Source: a virus
IMG/VR virus record: IMGVR_UViG_3300031520_000001
Coordinates: 1,415 to 65,414 of that record
Length of the DNA: 64,000 nt
Strand: one strand, 5' to 3'
This document shows, in pieces, positions 8,308 to 16,677 of this stretch (positions are counted from its first letter, which is position 1; each line of letters opens with the position of its first letter). Position numbers and translations under genes: made by a program. The notes under the pieces are model-generated. The model had not been told where the DNA came from, made no database searches, and saw only the letters and a list, made by a program, of their open reading frames with translations.

Positions 8308-8798
8308 GCGGTCTTGCCTTTCGGATAAAACTGCCCACGTCGTCGCCGCCACGCATAGTCACGGTTGCCAAGCGTGATATGTAGTGGCCCAACGCGTATC
8401 ACACGCACAAACAGATGTGAACCAATATCATAGCGTCCAGCATGTTCCCTCCAGTGCGTGAAAGCCCACTTCGGTACCACACGCATATGAACAGGCCATA
8501 GCATCACTTTGTCTTTCGCGTCCCATTGCCTGCCACAGGACGAACAGGTGTAGCGTTTGAACGTCACGCCGCGCTCGGTTGTTTGGTAGCAGGTGAGCTT
8601 GCCAGATACACAGTATACGCATAACGTAAGCCATATATTAACGCCGCGCTCGGTTGTTTGGTAGCAGGTGAGCTTGCCAGTGTGCAACATGCGCGTATTT
8701 TGTGGGTTACAGGTGATACATAACGGGTGCTTGTTCATTTTCTTTTCTCGTTTATGCCATGCTCGGTACTTGATTGGCTTCATCGGCTCTTTCCTCAT
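8304..8798 (-). CDS. zinc-ribbon protein carrying an in-frame 75-bp duplication/insertion
   Basis: CITC...CSSC; peptide GKLTCYQTTERGV occurs twice; start uncertain. Confidence 0.5.
   Translation of the reverse strand: MRKEPMKPIKYRAWHKREKKMNKHPLCITCNPQNTRMLHTGKLTCYQTTERGVNIWLTLCVYCVSGKLTCYQTTERGVTFKRYTCSSCGRQWDAKDKVMLWPVHMRVVPKWAFTHWREHAGRYDIGSHLFVRVIRVGPLHITLGNRDYAWRRRRGQFYPKGKTA
8566..8680. repeat. perfect 40-bp direct repeat (8566-8605, 8641-8680) flanking a 35-bp insert identical to 43585-43619 (reverse complement)
   Basis: Repeat acgccgcgctcggttgtttggtagcaggtgagcttgccag; insert atacacagtatacgcataacgtaagccatatatta. Confidence 0.95.
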
Positions 8799-8952
8799 GT
8801 CCAGGTGTCGCTAGAATGGGCAACAGGTTGGGCACGTCGGTCTGCTTGACCTGTGTCTTTATTTTCACAGGAGCTTTGAGGATCGGTGCAGCATCGCGTC
8901 CTGTCTTGGCTCCAATGGCTTGCTGTTTCTTCATACGCGTCTTGATGCTCAT
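8752..8952 (-). CDS. hypothetical basic protein
   Basis: 66 aa, coupled to upstream ORF. Confidence 0.45.
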   Translation of the reverse strand: MSIKTRMKKQQAIGAKTGRDAAPILKAPVKIKTQVKQTDVPNLLPILATPGHEERADEANQVPSMA

Positions 8953-9128
8953 TGTGTCACCTTTAGTAGTTGCAATATCTCTGACGCAACGGCAATCATG
9001 AGATGTTTGTTGTTTTCAGGAACATCTTTCCACGGCACGGCACTTGCCTTGCGTGTTTGGTAATTGTAGAGAGGAGCTAATAGCTCGTAGGTCTCGTGAA
9101 ATTTCTGTGCTAATTCTTCTGCTGTCAT
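8949..9128 (-). CDS. hypothetical phage protein (59 aa)
   Basis: Manual translation MTAEELAQKFHETYELLAPLYNYQTRKASAVPWKDVPENNKHLMIAVASEILQLLKVTQ*, overlapping start/stop junctions. Confidence 0.65.
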   Translation of the reverse strand: MTAEELAQKFHETYELLAPLYNYQTRKASAVPWKDVPENNKHLMIAVASEILQLLKVTQ

Positions 9129-9376
9129 GAAGCTTTCCTCCTTCGTTCCTCACGTCTATACGCTTGCCATATATCGCTCTGTGCATCGTCATACGCTTTG
9201 TAAATGTTTGTCACTATGGCGAACAGCAGCAGCACATCTTTGAGACTGCACACGTCTTGTTCTAAGTGATGTATCAGGCGCAACACATTACGACCTATCT
9301 GTGCGTCAAATACGCTGTCCGTGTCGATCATGCCTTGACGCTCTAACCACGCGTGGGCGAATTGTGCGAGAGTCAT
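9125..9376 (-). CDS. hypothetical protein
   Basis: 83 aa, coupled ORF. Confidence 0.55.
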   Translation of the reverse strand: MTLAQFAHAWLERQGMIDTDSVFDAQIGRNVLRLIHHLEQDVCSLKDVLLLFAIVTNIYKAYDDAQSDIWQAYRREERRRKAS

Positions 9377-9741
9377 ACAGGTCTAAAAAATGATGAGGAT
9401 TTTTGTGCGTCCTCTTGCTGTTTGCGAGCAATGCCCACATGCTCGCTTGTGGCTTTGAGCAACGTTGCAACAAGTGGTAACATGACCAATGCATCGTGTG
9501 GCTGCTTCTGTGCTTTGAGCATCTCTTCAACAAGGTGATAGGCCAGTTCGTCCGCTTTGTCGAGTACGGTGTCAATTTCATACCCAGCATCGTACAAATC
9601 TTGCATATAAGGCTGTAGTTTGCGAATAAGTTTTCGCTCTGGGTGAAGTTCATCGAGCGTCACCTTCGCAAGTTCTTTGCCATCAATCTCAATGATGATG
9701 GATGTATTTGGCTGACATCCACTGACATTAAATGTGTTCAT
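9373..9741 (-). CDS. hypothetical protein
   Basis: 122 aa, coupled ORF. Confidence 0.6.
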   Translation of the reverse strand: MNTFNVSGCQPNTSIIIEIDGKELAKVTLDELHPERKLIRKLQPYMQDLYDAGYEIDTVLDKADELAYHLVEEMLKAQKQPHDALVMLPLVATLLKATSEHVGIARKQQEDAQKSSSFFRPV

Positions 9742-10082
9742 ACGTTATTTTCCCCTTTGGTTGCTTGTGTAACTTGTTGTGGTTGTGTTCTTGGCGAAAT
9801 ATATACTTCTGTAGAGAGTTCGCAATACCAATTGTTGCGCTCTATCTCCACAAAGAGAAGTTGGATTGTGCGTCCATTGCGAAACGTGAAAGACCATGAT
9901 TGCTGATTTTGCTTGACGCCAAATGTATCACGTGGTTCCATCAGGCGGATAAGCACCTCTTGGATATCGTCAAATGACCACTCTTTGACTAAGAGGATGT
10001 ACCATGTGACGAATTGCACAATCGGTTGCTCTTTATTAGCCCTAAAGAAATCGAGTGTGCTACTTCCCTGAATTGCTGCCAT
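9738..10082 (-). CDS. hypothetical protein
   Basis: 114 aa, overlaps portal 3' end. Confidence 0.55.
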   Translation of the reverse strand: MAAIQGSSTLDFFRANKEQPIVQFVTWYILLVKEWSFDDIQEVLIRLMEPRDTFGVKQNQQSWSFTFRNGRTIQLLFVEIERNNWYCELSTEVYISPRTQPQQVTQATKGENNV

Positions 10083-11814
10083 TTTTCACCCCTTGTTTTT
10101 GTGGATCAGCATTGTGTGATCCGTTCGGCTGTTGCTGAGTATCGCTCGGTTGCGGTTTCGTGACCTGTGCGAGCTTGATCGCGTGGTCTTGTTGCTGTTG
10201 CAACTGTGCTTGCTCTTGCTTCTGTTGTGCGTCGAGTTGCGATTGTAGCTCGGTCAATTCCTCATCCGAGAAACCAGCATCGGCAAGTGCGAACGGTAAC
10301 GGTGCGCCTGAACTTGTTGCTGCTTGCACACCAAGCCACAACGCTTGCTTCTCTTGCGCTATCTCTAGTTTCGTCGGCACCAACAAAGGCCGAGGCATAA
10401 TCGCCATGTCGAGATTACCTGATGCGTAGCTGGTCAGGTCGAATGGAGTAAACTTTTGTTGTTGCTTATTGAGCTTGCCCCATACACCACTATTGGCGCG
10501 AAATCCAGCGATAGCGACGACCATGCGTTGCATCGAGACGGTGCCTTGATCGTAAATCGCTTGCGCTTCTGTGAGACGCCCTACGACATCCGAGGCGATA
10601 CGTGCAGCCCCAGGCCCTGTCACTTGTGTCATCTCGCGCAACTCTCGATTAAAGGCGAGTTCAGGATGATCGGCCTCAATTTCTTTGATGAGATGTTGCA
10701 TGTAGGCAGCAGCATCGGCAAGGTTCAAGTCACCTGCGAGGCTATCCACTTTTCCATTTTCAGGCCCTTTGAGCATCAAGAGTGATTCTTCTTCAGCCGC
10801 CTGTGGGGTATCGTATTCGTTGGTAAGACCACGCTTAGAGCCTCCAAACAACTTGCCAACACTGCCACTACTCCACATGACTAAAGGCGCACCAATCTTC
10901 TTGTGTATCTGGTCGTGGACATGTGAGGCAAGATTGTTGAGTTCGTCAATCTTGCCGAGACTTCCAGCGATGGCAGGTGTGCCATGATTGCCGCCCACGT
11001 CCTGATGTTTTATCCACATGGCAGGACAAAACGTATACGGATGCGACACCACCGTGCCATTGCCATAATCGAATGGTTCATGGTCTTTGAAATACTGAAT
11101 GGTCATATCATCAACAACTTTGGTAAAGACATACGTCGTACCATCGTCTTCTCTGACGCTATACTCAATCATGTAGAGTTTGACGTTCCCTGCGCCATCG
11201 AGTTCTAAATCGTAGATAAATCCAGGCCACACAATGTCAGCAGTCACCACACCGCTTTCAACATCATCAACAATCTCGACAAGTACGCTTCCAAGTGCCG
11301 CGCCAAAGCGTACTAAGAGTCCTTTTTTTGCTTGCCAGTTGCTCCATTGCCAGAATTGCGCGATAGCGGATTTCAGTGCAGGGTCGGTATCTTCTGCGAA
11401 GGGAATAGCGAGCGACACCCCATCGGGCAAGGTCTTGCCATCTTCGGACAACACGCCAGGGTAGACATTTCCTGCGTAGAAATCGACTAAGCGACGAGTG
11501 GGATTGTAAATCGGGCGAATGTTGCGATAGAGGTTGTAATTGCTCTTATAAGCTGAGAATGGATTATAGGGATACATCGGGGTTGCGCTATTGCCGTAGA
11601 GATGATACGACATGGCGGTCTGGACCGTGCGGTCAAACACACTGCTATTATAGTACGCCCACAGGAGGCTATACTGTTGCTGCTGAGAGACAAAACTACG
11701 CTGTTGATAACTTGTAGCAGGGTCCTCATACGGACGCAGTGCGTAGTTGATGCCAGAGTTCAATCCGTTCTGTATCAGGTTTAAGCCGTTGTTGACCATG
11801 CCCATAATTCCCAT
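10060..11814 (-). CDS. portal protein
   Basis: 584 aa directly downstream of terminase large subunit; coiled-coil C-terminus. Confidence 0.85.
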   Translation of the reverse strand: MGIMGMVNNGLNLIQNGLNSGINYALRPYEDPATSYQQRSFVSQQQQYSLLWAYYNSSVFDRTVQTAMSYHLYGNSATPMYPYNPFSAYKSNYNLYRNIRPIYNPTRRLVDFYAGNVYPGVLSEDGKTLPDGVSLAIPFAEDTDPALKSAIAQFWQWSNWQAKKGLLVRFGAALGSVLVEIVDDVESGVVTADIVWPGFIYDLELDGAGNVKLYMIEYSVREDDGTTYVFTKVVDDMTIQYFKDHEPFDYGNGTVVSHPYTFCPAMWIKHQDVGGNHGTPAIAGSLGKIDELNNLASHVHDQIHKKIGAPLVMWSSGSVGKLFGGSKRGLTNEYDTPQAAEEESLLMLKGPENGKVDSLAGDLNLADAAAYMQHLIKEIEADHPELAFNRELREMTQVTGPGAARIASDVVGRLTEAQAIYDQGTVSMQRMVVAIAGFRANSGVWGKLNKQQQKFTPFDLTSYASGNLDMAIMPRPLLVPTKLEIAQEKQALWLGVQAATSSGAPLPFALADAGFSDEELTELQSQLDAQQKQEQAQLQQQQDHAIKLAQVTKPQPSDTQQQPNGSHNADPQKQGVKNGSNSGK

Positions 11815-11816
11815 CT

Positions 11817-13394
11817 TTAGTATCCTCTAAAATTCTGTAGAGCGTTTACGGTGTTTTCGTCCATCTCATCTACCATTGGACTGGTTACCGCGTCAGCTGC
11901 CATGCTCACATTGTCGACAATATCGTCATGAGCACCCATCGGAAATGTCAGTAATTCGCTTTCAACATCGTTCAGCCAAGACGCGCTTTTAAGAAAATAG
12001 AACTTGCCATTTTCCATCCAAATACTTGCCGTGCTCGCTCGCGACACTTTATCTTTGACAGGTCGATATTCTTCACATGGCACGCCACGCACAAGAAGTT
12101 GCTGAATGAGTGCGAGTTGATAGCCAACGGACTCTATGCGGAAATAATCAGGTCGGTAGCGTTGATGGAGAAGTTCAATTTGTTTCTGCTGAGAAGGATT
12201 ATCGAAACGATCACGAACGAGGTCTATCAGCAATAAATCATTTTCGTTGGTCAATGCCCATATCGCAATTACCGTGTAATCTGCTGTTTGCTTAGAGGAT
12301 ACTGCAAGGTCAACCGTTCCAAAGATGCTACAGTGATTTTTGAACAACGAGCGTGTGCCGTTTGGCGTTTCCATAATGTACGCTTCTTGCGTCTCGCCAA
12401 AGTAGCGAAACCACTGCTTGCGAAATTGACCACCACCACTAGGCACTGGCGATTGCTGATATTGCGCTGCATAGCCAACGGAGCCAAGATCACGTTTATA
12501 TCGCGTCAGTGTTGCATCGTTAAAGCGTTCAGGCCAGAGCAATTGGCCTTCCTCAGTACGCCAATCAGACCAGCCGATACGTGTGTAACATTTTCGTGTT
12601 GGCTCGTACTCAGCAGGCAGATTAAGATGTGTCCAGTCTGGACGCTCTTTGATAATCACGCCTGATACATCCTCTTCATGGATGCGCTGTCCAATAACGA
12701 GCATCACGTCTTTATCAGCATCGTTCATGCGGTTTGACCATGTTTCACGGAACCACGTTACTGCCGATTCACGTTCCATCTGGCTATGTGCTTCTGTTGC
12801 TGAATGCGGATCGTCTATCAACAGTTTTGAACCGCCCTCACCTGTTGTGGTACTTCCAACGGAAACCGCCAACTGATAGCCCATCTTATCGTTCATAAAA
12901 AAGCGTTTCGCGTTCTGTTGCTCACTGAGTCCAAAGTCGCGTTCTCGCTCAAAATGCACTGACGCCGACTCAGAAACAATCGAAAGCTCACTTCCATAGC
13001 GATCTTGAAACCAGCGCGACTCTATCAGATTGCGCTTTTTGAGGTTGTCACGAATAGCGAGGTTGAGGCCATAGGAGGCACACAGGAACCTATCAGCAGG
13101 ATTGCGGAGCCAACACCACACAGGCCATAACACGCTGCATATGGTACTCTTACTGTGCCTTGGAGGAATGTTGATCAAGAGGAAGCGAAGTTGCCCGGTA
13201 GTTAAGGCGGTAAGATGATCACATATCGCATCGACAACATAACCATCCTGAAAGTGTTGAGGTTCTATGATAGACCATGCGCCAACAACAAACGCTTTGA
13301 GCGAGCGTCGCATTTCCTCAGCTTCTGCCATCGCAAGCAGTGCGTCACCTAACGAGAGAGTTTGTGTTGAGGAAGGAACATGGAATCGCGTCAC
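11817..13394 (-). CDS. terL: terminase large subunit
   Basis: NIPPRHSKST Walker A variant, LLIDDPH Walker B, VDLA...DYT and HDDIVD nuclease motifs. Confidence 0.95.
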   Translation of the reverse strand: MTRFHVPSSTQTLSLGDALLAMAEAEEMRRSLKAFVVGAWSIIEPQHFQDGYVVDAICDHLTALTTGQLRFLLINIPPRHSKSTICSVLWPVWCWLRNPADRFLCASYGLNLAIRDNLKKRNLIESRWFQDRYGSELSIVSESASVHFERERDFGLSEQQNAKRFFMNDKMGYQLAVSVGSTTTGEGGSKLLIDDPHSATEAHSQMERESAVTWFRETWSNRMNDADKDVMLVIGQRIHEEDVSGVIIKERPDWTHLNLPAEYEPTRKCYTRIGWSDWRTEEGQLLWPERFNDATLTRYKRDLGSVGYAAQYQQSPVPSGGGQFRKQWFRYFGETQEAYIMETPNGTRSLFKNHCSIFGTVDLAVSSKQTADYTVIAIWALTNENDLLLIDLVRDRFDNPSQQKQIELLHQRYRPDYFRIESVGYQLALIQQLLVRGVPCEEYRPVKDKVSRASTASIWMENGKFYFLKSASWLNDVESELLTFPMGAHDDIVDNVSMAADAVTSPMVDEMDENTVNALQNFRGY

Positions 13395-13921
13395 TTCTGC
13401 TCACCAGCTTTCAATTCTTTTGCAAGGACTTTGAGTGTGGCAAGTTGCTCAGAGGAAAGAGAACGAGGGTCAATGTTGATCACATTTTGCGATCGGACCT
13501 GTGCATTCACATGAGCATTCACATCTACTTGTGATTTCTCTCGATACTTTGCCATGCGAGACTTCGCCAATAACGTGAGCATCGCATCACTTTTTCGCGT
13601 GGCATAGCAGACAAGTTTTCCTGCACTCACTTGAGGCTCTTCCCATCCAACAACTGCACGTTGATAAATCTCATGATCTATAGCACCATCGGCTTGGATT
13701 TCAGCTATGCGATATTCCTCTGCAAAGTCTTCATATCGTTCTTTCCAGTCGTATGGAGTGTCGATATGTATCCCTGCAACTCTACACGCCTCACTCATAT
13801 TTCCCTCATCACGAAACGTCGCAAGAAATACCTCTTGTGCTTTCTTGCGTTCCTTCGCGCTCATTCGTTGTCCCTGCCTTCGCGCGTGTAGGGGTGTAGG
13901 AGTTTCGGACTGTGCGCTCAC
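13391..13921 (-). CDS. terS: terminase small subunit
   Basis: HTH (GNMSEACRVAGI..T.YDW), EI..RA..GWEEP...SD.ML..LAK pattern, upstream of terL. Confidence 0.85.
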   Translation of the reverse strand: MSAQSETPTPLHARRQGQRMSAKERKKAQEVFLATFRDEGNMSEACRVAGIHIDTPYDWKERYEDFAEEYRIAEIQADGAIDHEIYQRAVVGWEEPQVSAGKLVCYATRKSDAMLTLLAKSRMAKYREKSQVDVNAHVNAQVRSQNVINIDPRSLSSEQLATLKVLAKELKAGEQK

Positions 13922-13936
13922 TTCTGCCTCGCAGAC

Positions 13937-14002
13937 AACAAAAAGGACGCACTCTCGTTTCTTCTGGTGAGAGTGCGTCTGTCAATAGAAATAACTAGAC
14001 GC
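13937..14002 (-). promoter_or_regulatory. putative terminator/antiterminator switch, copy C (late operon leader upstream of terS)
   Basis: Sense GCGTCT-AGTTATTTCTATTGAC-AGACGC overlaps an 11-bp stem GACGCACTCTC/GAGAGTGCGTC followed by CTTTTTG. Confidence 0.6.
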
Positions 14003-14019
14003 TATGAATTACTGAATAG

Positions 14020-14048
14020 AGTATACAGGAGAATGCAGAGATTGTCTA
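14020..14048 (-). promoter_or_regulatory. putative sigma70-type late promoter
   Basis: TAGACA-17 bp-TATACT immediately upstream of the attenuator-like leader. Confidence 0.6.
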
Positions 14049-14303
14049 TTGTAGGCCACGTTCTCGCAGTGTCGCGCGTTTGCCCGCGCGTATTGCGTCT
14101 GGAATGCGCACGTCGTACTGACAGCGCACTTTCTGAAATTCGCCTTTCCACTTGGAAAATATCACATCAATGTTATCATGCTCTTTGGTCAGCGCGAGAA
14201 TAAGCCGCGCCACTGCTAACGCTCGCTGAAAATCAAAATCATCCTCATCATGATTGCGTACTACTGATAATTGGGGCGGCATAAGTCTGTCCTTAATTTC
14301 CAT
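14046..14303 (-). CDS. hypothetical protein directly upstream of the late promoter
   Basis: 85 aa; its TAG stop forms part of the -35 hexamer. Confidence 0.55.
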   Translation of the reverse strand: MEIKDRLMPPQLSVVRNHDEDDFDFQRALAVARLILALTKEHDNIDVIFSKWKGEFQKVRCQYDVRIPDAIRAGKRATLRERGLQ

Positions 14304-14392
14304 AACACGATAAAAGAAGTCTCAGGAAATTCTCATACTACTCATAGAACGCATGAGCTAGGGATATATAACAGATTGTCTTATGTAAGACT

Positions 14393-14800
14393 TCAACGAT
14401 GTAACAACTCAGGATTATCATGCACATTCCCAACAACGAGCGCATATTCAGCATGGCGATACATCGGTTTGAATTGACCTTCGTCATCTTGTGTGACACC
14501 TTGCATCACGCCAAATCCTCCTGGCAATTGCGGTTGTGGCTCACCATCAGATGTTTGATAAAACTCCTCTGGTGTCAGTGCGTTCCACCATGCGCGTTTA
14601 TATTCGACAACACGAATGTTGTCATACACCTTGATAATGTCATGCTCATATATCTCAGTTCCCATCGCGTCGTTGAGGCCGATATATTGCCCAACGGTTT
14701 CTCTCTCGACTAATGCCCAAAATTGCTCCCAAGCGTCATTCTCAGAATCAACATGCCACCAATTCCCTTGCACTTTACCGCGAAACTTGATTATTCTCAC
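14393..14800 (-). CDS. YopX family protein
   Basis: IKFRG..., TVGQYIGL.D..G.EIYE.DI, V.GNVHDNPELL signatures. Confidence 0.9.
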   Translation of the reverse strand: MRIIKFRGKVQGNWWHVDSENDAWEQFWALVERETVGQYIGLNDAMGTEIYEHDIIKVYDNIRVVEYKRAWWNALTPEEFYQTSDGEPQPQLPGGFGVMQGVTQDDEGQFKPMYRHAEYALVVGNVHDNPELLHR

Positions 14801-15129
14801 GCTTGCACCTCCACGCCGAGCATCTTCGCTTGCTCTCGTATCTCATCAATCTCATAGGATTGATTGCAGTGATTGTACTCCTCTTCAATGGTGTGACACA
14901 TCGGAGCCATGAGAGACAATGAACGAGCCAGCAACGCTCGTAACTGCCCGTTCTCTTCCTGGTCGGACACCAGCATCTTGACGATGATATCGCTCTCCAC
15001 CCAAATACCACTAACACCTTCGATGTGAAGCTGATTCTGCGTCGTATTCTTTTCGTCTACTACCGCCATGATACGACGATAGAGACGTTGAGGAATGCGG
15101 TCAAGCTGTATCATGATATGGCTACTCAT
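14797..15129 (-). CDS. hypothetical protein
   Basis: Start at ATG 15129 coupled to upstream stop. Confidence 0.55.
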   Translation of the reverse strand: MSSHIMIQLDRIPQRLYRRIMAVVDEKNTTQNQLHIEGVSGIWVESDIIVKMLVSDQEENGQLRALLARSLSLMAPMCHTIEEEYNHCNQSYEIDEIREQAKMLGVEVQA

Positions 15130-15296
15130 TGCGCCTCTTTCTCTTTGCGTTTCCTCTTGCGCTGCTGTAATCTTCGTCGTGTGGCATCGACGACCAGCCA
15201 ATTGATAGACCGATCTTCCTGTTGTGCGAGCTTGTGTAATTCGTCTCGCATCTCAACAGGAAAACGGATAGTATTTTCATAGAACTCTTGTTTCAT
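15126..15296 (-). CDS. Arc-like ribbon-helix-helix DNA-binding protein
   Basis: Manual translation MKQEFYENTIRFPVEMRDELHKLAQQEDRSINWLVVDATRRRL...; divergent from the recombinase. Confidence 0.7.
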   Translation of the reverse strand: MKQEFYENTIRFPVEMRDELHKLAQQEDRSINWLVVDATRRRLQQRKRKRKEKEAQ

Positions 15297-15466
15297 GCTA
15301 GTACTCTACAATCATGTTGCTAGTGCTCATCATAACAGGAAATTGAGCGGAATGGAAGAGGATTACAGGTAGCAAAAATGCATGAAAATGTGTTATAATA
15401 GGGTATAGAAAAGAGTAATTAAAGATACATTTTCTTACTCTGTCAAAAATGACAAGAAGGAGAACG

Positions 15467-16372
15467 ATGAGTAGCCTCATTCCTTACTCAGTAGGCTTTG
15501 ATACCAGTATTCTTGCTGGCAACGTTGCGCCCTCTTCCCTGAAAATGTACGAACGTGATTTCAAGACGTATCTCAATTTTGCGGTAACGCCCGAACTTGC
15601 TATTGAAGCATCGACGCTTGCACAATGGAGGACACATCTAGTCACTACCACGTCGCTTTCGCCCAACACCATCAATCGTATGTTATCCGCAGTCAAGACG
15701 CTCATGTTAGAGGCAGAGGAACAAAAGTATGTTCCAAAGGGTACAGGGGAAGACTTCAAGCATATACGAGGCGTAAAAGTTGGCGCATTAAAAGAGAGAC
15801 GTAAACCTCACGCTCGCACCCGTATAGAGCCTGAGAGTATGCGTATGCTCACAAGTCTCCCAGACCCCCTTACGCTTACTGGCATACGTGACTATGCCAT
15901 TCTGCACATGCTGGCAAGTTCGGGACTACGTGTTCGTGAACTGGCAACGTTGACCATAAAACGCTTGCACAAAACCGATAAGGGGTATCAGGTGGAAGTC
16001 ATGGGAAAGAATGATACCGAATGGAGGAAAGCCCCACTTTCCAAAGAGGCATACGACGCGATACAAGAATGGTTAAGAAGACGCACGATTCAGTCTGACT
16101 ACATCTTTACAGGTTTTGGAGGAAAAGGCAACAGACCCAAAGTAGAACCGATGACAGAGATATCCATCTGGCGTATCGTGAAATTCTATGCAGATCAATG
16201 TGGGCTGGAATATATTCGACCTCATGACTTTAGGAGATTTGTCGGGACACAGCTTGCAAAGAAAAGCCCTCGTGATGCACAGAAAGCACTAGGACATAAG
16301 AACATCTCGACCACGATGGATAACTATGTCTTAGACGAACTTGAAGTTGGCATAACTGACAATTTGTACTAA
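15467..16372 (+). CDS. int: tyrosine recombinase (XerC/D-type integrase or resolvase)
   Basis: Catalytic set GLRVREL, PHDFRR, LGH, TTMDNY; AAGGAG RBS before ATG 15467. Confidence 0.9.
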   Translation: MSSLIPYSVGFDTSILAGNVAPSSLKMYERDFKTYLNFAVTPELAIEASTLAQWRTHLVTTTSLSPNTINRMLSAVKTLMLEAEEQKYVPKGTGEDFKHIRGVKVGALKERRKPHARTRIEPESMRMLTSLPDPLTLTGIRDYAILHMLASSGLRVRELATLTIKRLHKTDKGYQVEVMGKNDTEWRKAPLSKEAYDAIQEWLRRRTIQSDYIFTGFGGKGNRPKVEPMTEISIWRIVKFYADQCGLEYIRPHDFRRFVGTQLAKKSPRDAQKALGHKNISTTMDNYVLDELEVGITDNLY

Positions 16373-16436
16373 GGAGCAACTATGTTAGAAATGACAAGTC
16401 GCGACGCCGAGACAGCGCGACTCTTGTGACTCCATT

Positions 16437-16667
16437 CTACATACTTTTTATAGACCCACTGTAACCTTGAAGAGATGATGGTTCTTTGCTGTAACCCCGT
16501 GGATACGTGTGGTGTATCATCCACTGCAACACAGTGAATCGTTCCATCTGTGAGAAGTCAGGTATCTCTATTTTATTGGAGCGCACCTGATATGTGCATC
16601 CATCATAAGTGACTTGTCGCTTAGACTGTTTCACGTTTTTCTCATGCCTGGAGAGTGCCAGGCGCAC
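16437..16667 (-). CDS. hypothetical protein
   Basis: 76 aa, co-oriented after the AAA ATPase. Confidence 0.45.
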   Translation of the reverse strand: MRLALSRHEKNVKQSKRQVTYDGCTYQVRSNKIEIPDFSQMERFTVLQWMIHHTYPRGYSKEPSSLQGYSGSIKSM

Positions 16668-16677
16668 ACTAACGGGA

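Noticed and set aside
8566-8680. Calling the repeat-spacer-repeat a CRISPR array
   Set aside because: Only two repeats, no palindrome or typical terminal motif, no leader, no cas1/cas6 in the window, and it lies inside an ORF; kept as a repeat and a finding
8752-8798. YopX-like start (KPIKYRAWHKREKKM) of ORF 8304-8798
   Set aside because: Only about 15 residues resemble YopX and the rest does not; possibly a fragment, too short to call
15297-16440. attP/attL/attR near the recombinase
   Set aside because: No core duplication, tRNA fragment or arm-type repeats could be identified by eye
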